From: Octopus sinensis
Taxonomy: Eukaryota
DNA: 64,000 nucleotides
Reading direction: 5' to 3'
Assembly: GCF_006345805.1 (NCBI RefSeq)
Contig: NC_043002.1
Span: forward strand, 116,808,001-116,872,000
This document shows, one piece after another, positions 25,141-36,853 of the stretch. Every line of letters starts with the position of its first letter. Position 1 is the stretch's first letter. The position numbers and the translations under genes are program-made. The notes under the pieces were generated by a model. The model made no database searches. It saw nothing but the letters and a program-made list of their open reading frames with translations, and was not told where the DNA came from.

Positions 25141-25399
25141 AAAGAAAACGGCTCTGACAGATGTTCTACAGAGCCCTAATATCAGGAATGTTCAGATAAT
25201 GAACAAGTGTATAAAGAATAGTTTTGTTGCTCTCCAGGCATCTTAGACATAACTGGATGACAGCATAGTTCCTCCTGTAGAACTTACTCATAAAACGATA
25301 TCTCTGTCGGTAGCAATGCTACGTCAGAGATTTCTGAAAATTGACGATAGAACATAGACTGAGACACACCGCATAGATTGTTTTTCTCGATGCTGTTAG

Positions 25400-26090
25400 T
25401 CTAACCGAAATTCTCGTCACTTATATCTATCCATTCTTTTAGGGATAGCTTCATCTCTACTTATTTGTGAATGAGATTGACCCCTCTGTCCGTGATCTCG
25501 TTCCACTTTCCACCGGCCTGGAGGTCAAGGCCATTACAATTCCGAAACATCTGTCGGTGTAACAACAGCCACCACTACCCATTACAGATTGTTAGTGTGT
25601 ATGCTCCAGTGACTTTTAGAAGTGTCTGAACTGACAATGTTCCAAATTCCGGATATCTAATATTTCTATACCTTTCATCAAAAACTGCAACTCTGTCACA
25701 AAAAAGTTGGGGCGCTGTAGTTCACAAACAGTAACCAGGTGCTTATCATTTAAGAACCTCTGCAGATAGCAACAATCGCATAATCAACTGTAACATAACG
25801 AGCCCTTCATACAAAGTTTGTTGACAGCAGAAGTGTTGGACTTGAAAAACCTGACGCTTCTAAAATTATTGAAAGCGCCAACCCAGCAATTTGGCCAGAT
25901 GTGACCTAGGGCAAGATATAACTATTAAACTATTTATATAAATTACAGAGAGGTGGCATTCGTCACTTCTGTCCGTTCTTTTAGAGATAGATTCCTCTCA
26001 GTCTATTTCTGAATGAGATTAGCCACTCTGTCCGTGATCTTGTTCCACTTCTCACCGGATGGAGGTCAAGATCATTATAAAACTGTTGTG
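25400..26090 (+). mobile_element. Degenerate LINE endonuclease-like sequence with ~90-bp internal duplication
   Basis: 25448-25540 is similar to 25988-26080; QIVSVYAP-like motif near 25585-25608. Confidence 0.35.
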
Positions 26091-26179
26091 TCACGTCGAC
26101 ACTGTTATGTCCTTTCTTGAACTCACTCTATATGCCACTTTATAACGTGGACTTATAACAAGGTTATAACAATACAAAT

Positions 26180-28075
26180 ATCAATCAGAAACAACACGTA
26201 ACAAACAGTATCTCTTCTCTACGGCTGTCTTCGCAAAGCACCTGCACACACCACATTCTTTTTCTTTATTTGGCACACAGGCCATGACGCAGAAGGGACA
26301 GTACAAAGACAGGCAGAACACCACAGTGGGGACAAAAAACACAAAACGAATGAATGTGAGATGAATAATAATTAAATGAGGATGTAATGGCTGCTTGAAC
26401 CCCACTCTCAAGCAGTACCATTTAACTGTTTTAATAAAAAGTTTTATATCATTTTTTTCTCTTTTTGCTTTTTTAGTATCGTACTCACGCTTTACCATCT
26501 TATATATGGCAACAAGTCCTCGTTATCTCCAACAGGCGGTAGGTCGTCAAACTCTACTTTCACTGCCATTTGGGTCTATTTTGTCTCCAAACCATTTCTT
26601 TAATTTATCTCTCTTTGTCTGTTAATATGGCTTTTGTATTTTCTGGCTAATGTTCCGTTGGTAATTCAACTCTTATCACCGATTTAAATTTGGTGATTTT
26701 CCCTTCTACAGCTGTGCTTTTTGTATATGTTACCGTATGTTACCGTATGTTACCGTATATGTTACCGTATGTTACCGTATGTTACCGTATGTTACCGTAT
26801 ATGTTACCGTTTGCATTTTGCTTTTTCCGGGTCTTGTAACTGTTCGCTCCTGCAGTGAACTCGGTATGTCTGTAATGGTTTCCTTTTCTTTTTCCTTCGT
26901 TGGTGATGCTGGTGAAGGTTCATGCAGTAAAAAATGTGTAAAGTTTGTTTCACTCTCCTTCTTTTTCTTTATTGGAATCTTCGGAGGTGAGTTCACTAGT
27001 TCTTTTCTTTTTCTCTTGGTCACCTCTGTAAATGGTGCTTCCGTGTCTTCCGTGCATTTTTCGTTTGTTAGGTCCACCACTTCGGCACTCTACTCCTGTT
27101 GGCTTTCCTCGTTTTTACTTTCTATCTGGAGGCACTTTATTCTAATGTGTCGTGTTTCCCTGCATTGATCGCAAGTTAGTCGTCTTCCTTCTACCACCAC
27201 ACTCAACCTTATGTCCTCTGGTAGAATCACCTCTTCGGCAATTTTATTTAAATCTTGTTGTCCGACCTGAATGACCATTTCTATGCCGTATCCCAACAAT
27301 CTACCTTCTTTGCCCTTATCAAAGGAGGTCAATTATGGCCTCCTCCTCGGTTTTATGCATTACGGCTGCCACCAACTACGCTTCTTTGATTTCTGGTGGT
27401 ACCTTGCCTATTCTCTCTCTGGCAACCCTTTTGCCGAGGTAGGTAGGTAGCAGTACCCATGTTCTGTCTTTTGCGTCACAGTGGAGTGATTTATTGTCTC
27501 CACTGTGCCGTATTTTCTGCCTCTTGTGTAGAATGCCGTCAGGCTCTTTATTTCCGTCAAACATTCTTCAGTCGCTTCTTCTGTAGCTAACTCTATTTTC
27601 TCGGTGGCTGTAGATAGAGTTCTGTACACCACTGTTCTTTTCTTTGTACTGGTTGTCACTTCCTCTCGGGTCAACTTTAAACTGAATCCCTCTTTCTGGA
27701 TGAGCCTGTAGTACTCCTTCAGCTTTTTCTGTTCAATTTTAATTTCTCGCACCCCTAGCGAATCTGTGGTTGCACCTTTCCCAGCTGCTGAAGCATAACT
27801 CTCGGCATGTGCTGGAACTGGTTTACAATCCATTTCTTTTTCTTTTTACAGTCACTTCGCCCCAAAATGGGGAAGACGACAAACACAAAATTTAACAGAC
27901 CCGCACGCAAAACTGCAGTGGTATTTAACAAATTCAACAAAACATGGCTCATAAGAAAGTTTAATATGACTTATGTCAACCGGAAGGAACAAAGGCATAG
28001 GGCACACTGTTCTTCACTGATAATGCGCATGCGTCTATATACGGTTTAGGACAGCTAACTTGCTATCCCACAGGG
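26180..28075 (-). mobile_element. Tx1/L1-like ORF1-only element, copy 1
   Basis: WVLLPTYLGKRVAR...VVVEGRRLTCDQCRETRHIRIKC (CCHC knuckle); no endonuclease or RT follows. Confidence 0.7.
26727..26810. repeat. (GTTACCGTAT[AT])n minisatellite inside the element
   Basis: Direct reading of 10/12-bp units. Confidence 0.95.
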
Positions 28076-28249
28076 GTGTCAGGATGTCACCACAACAAAA
28101 CCCAAACACTAACTAGCTGTCGGTGCAGCAACAGTCATCACTGCCGATAGTGGCGTGAACATCGCCTCTCCAGGCACAAAACTGCAAGCTCACCAATTCA
28201 TTCTCATTGTGCATATTGCTCTTTCTACCTTATGAGTGACAATCTCTGT

Positions 28250-29430
28250 GAAGAGAAAACTATTTTGATCCTAATGCTAAAATACAGCTAATCCCAAAGA
28301 CTAAAAGCTTTGATGGTAATAAGAAATTATTACAATAGTCACAGTCAACATACTTATTGGCCAGTGTATCAAACTTCATGGGAACGTCATCTATATTTGC
28401 AATCTGTCCCACTTAAAAATTTATTGTTTCTCTGGCATGTAAAATAATTTTGCTTTCATACTCTCCGAGAATTTTTTGTGATATTTTTGCTTTTGTTCGA
28501 ATGGCTAATCTGTTTCGCTTCATAAAGTACCACAAAAATCATTATGTCCTCTTGCAGCTGCCTTTGCTATAGCTTCGTAAATGATTTGTTTAGCCGACAC
28601 TGCAAAACCTTGGCTTCGTTCACTTAACACCCAGGGCTTTATCTAATTTTCAAGTTTCGCTCATTTAGATTTCGGTTACGTGAGTTGTATTTAGGTCTTT
28701 CAGTCTGCTAAAGTTTTGCTTCTTGTTTACGCCAGACACGAGCTATTTTCTCTGCAGGAGATGGCCTAAAATGCATTGCAGCAGCTCGGTTGCCTGACTG
28801 TGTAGGCATGTCTTCCCTTTAACTCCGTTATCGGATTTTGATAATTATAAAATTTGTCTGTGCATGAACGGACATTCGCCGATAATCTGAAACCAACATC
28901 ATAAGTATCAAAACAAGCATCACAAATGGTTAACAACCACTTAAACTTCAAATCCCTTGATTATTTTTTACAATAGCCCCATTTTTTAAAAAAAGTTTCC
29001 GAAGTGGTGATATATATCAAGCAAGTATTCCTGTTATGTACTGTGTTAATTAAAAAATGTTAACGATCAAACAGATAATCACAGCTTTAGTATATTGGGC
29101 CAAAACATACCGACATATTTTTCTTTTGTGTTTCGGCAATACTGATTGCTACTCTCTCATGTAAACAAACAACAGCACACAGTTGCTGGCGGACACAGAT
29201 TTCCTTATAATATACAGAATAAATATATTTGTAACTCATTATATTAATTACACGTCTATAGCTACATTTTATAATTTATAACATTGGGTTGTCAATCGTC
29301 CTAAAGCTAAATGTCGGTTATCCACGTCTATACAAAGCCTGACTTTCATGATATAGAGTGCAGGATGAATTTTAGGGGGAATATTTTGGGGAAAATAAAA
29401 ACACGCCTTATATGTCGGAAAATACAATAT
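28250..29430 (-). mobile_element. pogo/Tigger-type DNA transposon, 5' half, decayed
   Basis: YDVGFRL..., KLENxIKPWVLSERSQGFAVSAKQIIYEA, QIANIDDVPMKFD; TIR-like TATTGTATTTTCCGACATATAAG at the right end. Confidence 0.75.
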
Positions 29431-30210
29431 TTGCATAAAGCAAACACTCATATGATTATAAATTTCTGATGAACAATTCCATAACTTAAGAAGAAAGATA
29501 ATGCATTTGACAATGTATGCCATACATAGCACCTGTAAATGCTAGCTTGAGTAAGAAGGTCAGCAACAATAAGCAGATCCTTTAAGTACGTCACGAGGAA
29601 TTAACAAAGAATTCTGCATAAATAAACAAAAGTTCGATTATTAAAAATATCCATCTCTGTCAAAAGAGGAAAACTTTTTACTCCATTTTTGTTTGGTGTT
29701 AAGAGCTTGTTAAGCCAATCTGAACTAGGATACGATGAAATGCGAGAAAAAATATATTTTATATATATATGGTCCCAAAGTTGTATAGAGCAGCAGAAGT
29801 ATTGCTGTAGGCAATATCCGGGTTTTCAAGACGAATTGCTTTGAAATTCAGGATATAGAAACGCACCAAGAAGATCCAAGAAAAGATGAATATGAATTAA
29901 AACTAAGACTATGGCAGCTAAAAATATGAGAGAATTATATTAAAAAAGATTTTAGAAATGAGTGACATACACAGAGCATAACACACAGATTGAAAATGCA
30001 ACAAAATGTCCCTGGAATATGTTATAATATCCCCATTGAACGCTCAATAATCAAGAATGATTAGACCTAATAACACGAAAATTGACTGAGTTTAGAATAA
30101 ACGATTCTGAGACTGATGTAGGAAGATTATATCTGCAATTAATAGGGGAAGGTAGAGGTTCTCCATCTAGAAAACTATCGTAAAATTACTGCGTTAAGAC
30201 AATATGAATA

Positions 30211-30620
30211 CTCTTTACTCTTTTACTTGTTTCAGTCATTTGACTGCGGCCATGCTGGAGCACCACCTTTAATCGAGCAACTCGACCCCGGGACTTATTC
30301 TTTTGTAAGCCCAGTACTTATTCTATCGGTCTCTTTTGCCGAACCGCTAAGTGACGGGGACATAAACACACCAGCATCGGTTGTCAAGCAATGCTAGGGG
30401 GACAAACACAGACACACAAACACATACACACACATACATATATATACATATATACGACAGGCTTCTTTCAGTTTCCGTCTACCAAATCCACTCACAAGGC
30501 ATTGGTCGGCCCGGGGCTATAGCAGAAGACACTTGCCCAACATGCCACGCAGTGGGACTGAACCCGGAACCATGTGGTTGGTTAGCAAGCTACTTACCAC
30601 ACAGCCACTCCTGCGCCTAT
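30211..30620 (-). mobile_element. SINE family A, complete and well preserved
   Basis: Head GGCGCAGGAGTGGCTGTGTGG...GGTTCAGTCCC, central GGGCAAGTGTCTTC..GGATTTGGTAGACGGAAACTGAAAGAAGCC, internal microsatellite, (AAAGAG)-like tail. Confidence 0.93.
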
Positions 30621-33344
30621 ATATAGCAATGAAAGAGAAGTATGATCAAAACAAAAGAAAAATGTTTCATATTTTCAAGGAAGCCGAGGAAATTGTTACG
30701 AAATAAAGAAAACTGTTCTGAAAATGGAATTTTCAAAGATCGTGCTCAAACGATGGAGAGAAATTCCTCTCATCACCAATAACTTAGAAGTGCAGCGCTC
30801 GGAGCTGACAGCGAAGCAAAGGACTAATGTTCCCTATCAGAAACGTTGAATAGTACTGCGATTAAGAAGTGTATCCTTCAATGTTTGGTAATGGGTACCA
30901 GAAATACAACTAATTCTGCAAAAAGATTAACACATCGTGTATCATATAACCGAATGTGTATGCAGTGTGAGATTGAATTCGAACAAAGGCTTAATGTATA
31001 TTCCTAGCTTACAAATAAACGTTTCTAACTTAAAAATCTAAACTAGGACAATATTTATATCAAGTAATAATATACCTGGTACGTAAATATTCTAATCATT
31101 GCTATATAGATTAGAATATTTGAGCTAAATTATTTCTAAAAACAACTCAAGTCAGAATGATCGATATTTAAAGTAAGAACGCTTCCTTCTAGAACTGTTT
31201 ATTGATAAATATCTGAAATTTACAAATATATAAGAAATTTCAAATATTGACACGTTGTCCAATGATATTTTCTACGTTGTAATAGAATAATTAAATTTTT
31301 TTATACAATTAAAACCCTAGTCAGTGGCATTCGATAAAATATAAAAACAAATTTAATGTCACAATTTAAACACATTGCATCGGATATTTATTGTTTACTA
31401 TATTTTTTTAAAACACTATTTTATATCGGAAAAATTATAGTCATTATAGGATAAATCTCTTGCAAAATATCACAAGATTTCTCCTTAGTTCACAATCACT
31501 AATTGCACCGATGTTTGATTAAGCTTGGATTTACAATGTTAAATGCATTCAAATATACACAAAACATCGTTGGATACGATAAGTAGTTGTTCGCCGTAAG
31601 CCAGGAAACATTTCAAATTGGCGAGAAGTAAACATAAGAGTAATTGATTTGTAAAGAAGAGGTCATAGAAGCAAGTTTTCTCAACAACACTTCTTGACTT
31701 AATGTTATCTGCTGCATTTAAAAGTACCAAAGAAGCCGGTAGCAAGAATAATTAAAGTATAAAGATACAGGAAATGAATTCCATTCATGTATTAGAAAGT
31801 GATAGTTATTTAAACGTGATTATCAGACATGAAAATTATAAATATGGTTATGATTAATTCAAAGAAGTTTTAATGTTTCAAAATCAAATTCGCTGATATA
31901 AAATTAGAATTAAATTAGTAACAAGAAAAGCCGAATGAAATATGCAAGTGTAAATCATGAAATGTTTGAAGCAATTAACCAAACAAGTACACATTTTTGT
32001 TTACAGAAAGTTCCTGTAAACATTTCTCCTGAAACTAAACTTATTTTTACAAAACGAAAAAAATGCGCTTGAAGTCAGTTGTAAAACAATATTAACGAGA
32101 ATAACAAACAACTGACATACCTGCCGGACTAATAAAGAACAATTTATAAATGGCGCTGGAAATGATGTTACAACAATAACGTTTAAGTGTGTTTAAAGAA
32201 AAATTCCATGGAAAGCTCAACCACAGTTGTTATAGAAAAATAACTATAAGAGCCCTAATAAAGAAATCATGCAAAAGGCTCTAAAAAGGAATAACTAAAA
32301 GATTTCGAAAAAAGAATATTTAAAAATGCCCTAATAATGGAGATGACTTAATAATTTAGTGATCAATCACTAATTAAAGAGTTTGTGTATGTAAGCATAT
32401 ATAGAGCAAAAGGTAGTAGAGTATCAATCCCAAAACTACGTATATTTTTTTTATTATTCTATGGTCCTCATCTGATGTCTTTTTTTTTAATGTCACAAGC
32501 ATTGTTTTCACGTCAATATGGTTTAGTCCTATACTATCGTTGATTGAGCAATTCTAAGATCAAATAATTCCAACAAATGGCTCTCCAGTTCTTTAAAGCT
32601 CATGGTGTGTAGAACTACAGGAATCCTTCGCTTTACGAAAGTAACGCATTCCTGAAAATCCGGCCGTAACGTGAAATTCGGCTATACGAAATTAATTTTC
32701 TCAATCTACAGATTTTTTTGAGAGTAAGAATAGCACAAGAAAACTACAGAGGATAAGAAGCACAATCAACTTTATACATGAAAATAATTTCTAAACATAT
32801 ACGGTACAATATAGATACATAAAAGCACAAAAAACATTTAAAAAGAAACAACGTTAAGGAATTATTAAGAATCATAATATCGCAAGAGTACACGTTCTTA
32901 CTACAAAATATATTGAGTACTGTGAGAGGAGTGGCGACGGAATGAACGTTATTAGGAGGATAAGAGACAATATTTACTATCTTATTCGTTATTAACATCA
33001 GCTTGAGAGGTAAATAAGTCATGACGCATCATCGCTTTGTACAGCTCAATACAAGAACTCCTCTTGTAATTTTTATATTATGCTCACGATCAGAATCATT
33101 ACATGTCAGTATATGCATGTATGTATGTATGTAGGAATGAATGTATGTATGTGTGTGTATATGTGTATGTCATGAACTCTCCTGTCAAAAGCCGACGTAT
33201 GAGGGTCCAGTAATTTCTTGCTCAACAACCACACAAATGATTTGCTTATAGTGACCAATTGTTTGTGTCCACATAAGCTTACTCTCACCATCAAATTGAC
33301 CTGTAACACGTCAGATGATGAAATTACCTGTAACATGTCAGATG

Positions 33345-33465
33345 ATGAAATGATCGCAGCGTGAAATGAAATGCTTTTATTAAGAACACAACGCAACGCT
33401 CGATCTGGAAATCGAGACCAATCTCTCGCAATCGTGAATGGAACACCGTAAACACTAAGCCGTGC
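33345..33465 (-). mobile_element. SINE family D, 5' half
   Basis: Head plus GCGTTGTGTTCTT..CATTTCATTTCACGCTGC, shared with the 60705 copy. Confidence 0.7.
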
Positions 33466-33479
33466 GCCGTCATATATAT

Positions 33480-34460
33480 ACCGTCAACTCATTGCCTTCT
33501 CCCTTCTACCCTCTGCAGTCGCTAACCTCATCGTTGACAAACCCTGCACCCCATACCATCTACATTCTTGTTAAGATCCGCAAACCAGAAAGCACAGTCA
33601 TCGCGTTATCTCCGCTTGCAACTGACCCACTGATTGCATCTCCTCCTTCCTTGATAGTCTTTTCAGACTCCTGCTACCTGCTCTCCCACCAAAGCCACAA
33701 TATTAACCAGACTATCCACCTCTTCAATTCCTTTTCCCAACATAGTTATTCCATGCACCTGTTCACTAAGAATATACCGCTATATAATGTCATCCCTCAT
33801 GATGAGAGATTTCGTATCTTCTATCGCTTCCTCTGCTTCAGCACAACTCTTTTCCCAGGAACCTCAGCTTTCACAGTTCACACGAAATCATTCTTAACTT
33901 CATTTCTTCGCCGAGGGTGAATTTTATTAGCAGATAACAGGATCAATGGGCACAAGAATACAGCCCGCCCCCAACCCAAAGCAATATGAGTTGACAATAT
34001 CGGCGGTTTCTCTCTCTCGCATAAAGAGCTAAACTTGTTAATTTATGTCCTCAATTCATCCCATCTCATTTTCCATTTCATCTGCTTCATCTCTGATATT
34101 TCCCTCAATTTCATCGACATCGCCATCTTTGTTGATTAATCCACCATCACTCTTTTCACTTTCATTTTCTTTACTCGCTTCTACCTTGATTTTCCTTCTT
34201 CCCACACCATTCGCACTTAGCCAGGCACTCCATATTCCCATTTCATCCGTATCAGCCGTTTTTGTACCCATGAGTATAATTTGAGACTGAGTTTCAACGG
34301 ATGGCAAGTCTATTGACTCGACATAGTCCTATACTAAAATCTAAAATCACTCAACATCTATCCATATACTCAGGCTCATATACTCATCGAACGTTTCCCT
34401 CTTGCCATAGGTTTCTTCTCAATGAAGAACAATTTCGGCCACCTACCATCGTTCCAGTAA
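33480..34460 (+). mobile_element. Penelope-like element RT/thumb remnant
   Basis: ISSFLDSLFR, HLFNSFS..LFTKNIPLYNVIPHDE, SSHTIRT..PYSHFIRISRFC resemble PLE RT motifs. Confidence 0.7.
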
Positions 34461-34710
34461 GTATTTCTGGCTTTACCTCTCTACACTTTCGCTTCTTACC
34501 TTGTTGGTCAAAAATGTCATCAACATCTGCATATAAGGTCATCATTATTGCGATACTGATTCCCAGCCAAGTGCTTTTTCATGTCGTAGAAAAGATGATA
34601 GTCAGATCCGGCCAAATCAGGTGAATAGGGAGGCCGATTAACCAGTTAAAACTCACAGTCACGCTCAGCAACTATTGATAGCAAATACTTGTGTGCTGGA
34701 GCATTGTCCT

Positions 34711-34962
34711 AGAATATAAAAGGGAAATTTACCTTCGCGAGTTATGCTGACTCATAAGAACCGGTTTTCTGGTTTCATGGCGTATATATTTCATGCCTGG
34801 ACGGAACGCTAGTCCATCGCAGGATTATTCCTTTTTGCCAGCTGAGTGAACTGGAACAACATGAAATGAAATGTTTTGCTCAAGAACATAATGCGTCACC
34901 CGGTCCAGGAATTGAAACCACAATCTTTCGATCATGAGTCCAATACCCTAACCACTTAGCCA
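34711..34962 (-). mobile_element. SINE family D inserted in mariner
   Basis: tRNA head, V-domain-like CCTGCGATGGACTAGCGTTCCGTCCAGG; 9-bp TSD cattgtcct/cattgttct (34702-10 and 34963-71). Confidence 0.88.
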
Positions 34963-35078
34963 CATTGTTCTGATGAAACATGACCACTTTCGTTAATTTT
35001 CTCGAGCGTTTGGTCTTGGTAGCCTTTTCTAACTGCCTCAGCAAGTTGGTATAGTACTTACTCTCTTTTGATAGTCAA

Positions 35079-36853
35079 TCTATACTAAAATGGAGAAAGC
35101 TGCTTATTAATTAGGTATATAACAATTACTAAAAGTACTAAAAGAAAGCAATTATTAAAAGGTTGACCATCTGGAAGTCTTTTTTATAAATTTATGTTCT
35201 AAGAAATGTCCTATAATTATTGAATTTTTAAACTCCAATTTCTTGCAAATTCACTGCAGTGACTGCGTCCAATACTTCACAAATTTAGATATTCATTGCA
35301 TTCACTGCGGAGTATTCCATTTTCATTTCAAAAGTTTCCCACTTTCTGTTTGAGTGTTTTTATTTTAAGTTTTAATTCGCTATTGGAAAAACCGACAGTT
35401 TATTCTATTAATGTATACGTAATATAAAAACATTATTTATTGAATGAAAATGTTTTAAAATAACCATATCATTTTTGCAAAAAAATTTAAGTGATTTTGT
35501 CGTTATGGCTGTTTGGAACGTATGAGTCTTACAATAATAACGATCCGTACTGATTTCGGCCATTTTCTTTTTTAACTTAACATGGGAGGAGCCTTTTCCG
35601 TGAAAAAAAAAAGATATTTTCAGAGGAAAAGGTTAACAATTCAAGGGAGGTTCCGCTGTTGTTTCTAGCACAACCCAAACCACTCTCTCTTTTTACTCAC
35701 ATGTATTGACGTTTTTCTCCCATTAAACATATTTTATGGAATGATGATGCCGAACTAATACACGCATGGTCCATTGGTGGAATATAAGCCACAAAATAAA
35801 TGGTAATCTAAATTTTTACCTACACTTCAATCAAGCGAAGCCGTGTATGTGTAAAAAAAAACATTTTTTAACCGAAAAGTATGCTATTATAATGAATTAT
35901 CGCTTACATAACTCCTTTTTAAAAAAAATCACTCAGGATAAATGCCAGCAATGTCCTTCTCAGGTTCCCCAATATTTTAATTTCCAAACGGAAACAATCG
36001 GGAGCAGGGTGTGGGGTTGTAAAAATTCATATTTTCTCAAATTTCCTTTTTTATAGCATATAAATGTATTTATGGGGGGAAATATTCAAAAGCATCAATA
36101 CATGTGAGAATGATAAAGAAACGAAAAGGGTTGTTTTTGGATGTGCTAGAAACAACAGCCAAATTGCCCTTAAATCACTAATTTGTTTTTTACCGAAAAT
36201 GCTCTTCCCATGGTTTTGAAATGCAAAAACAAATGACCAAAATAGGTCCGGAGTGGGATGATAAGGGAGGAGGGTTGTAAAAAAAGGGTTTTCAAAACTT
36301 TTTTTATACAAACACGCCCTCCCCCTAATCCCATCATTTCGAAGGCTGCGGTTTAAAAAATGGGGAAAATCCTGAAAACATTTTCCCCACAATTTTTTTT
36401 ATAATCGTAATCTACGCCGTTTGAAAGGGATTTGGATAAACTTTAATTAAAAGATACCCATTTTCCTGAAAGTTATGGAGGAAAAAATCAGATTGTGTAA
36501 ATTTTCAGAAATTTTCCTCTCTCCACCCCCTTGGAAAACTTCTTTCCCTTAAGTCCCAATATACTCTGAAGCTACAACGTCTAGGGCCTAGACAAAAGTT
36601 TTTACAAATACCGCCTAGACTCTTGGCGATATTTGTAAGAAAAAATTATTAAAAAGTATCGATTTTTCTGGATGTTATGAGGCCACAAAGTCGGGGGTGT
36701 ATACATCTGTACTAGTGCCCTTTTATTTATACGATTTTTTTATTTATTTCATTCATTTTTTGCAATGTTCTCTCTCCCTCTCTCTCTCTCTTTCTCTCTC
36801 TCTCCCTCTCTCTGTTTCTCTCTCTCTGTTTCTCTCTCTATCTCTCTCTCTCG
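35079..36853 (+). mobile_element. 1.8-kb non-coding insertion, Helitron-like
   Basis: Starts TCTATACTAAAA, inserted between A and T with no TSD; internal CTAG at 36712-15. Confidence 0.55.

Noticed and set aside
34056-34307. Acidic minus-strand ORF (…DGDVDEIEGNIRDEADEMENEMG)
   Set aside because: Antisense reading of the C/T-rich Penelope RT remnant.
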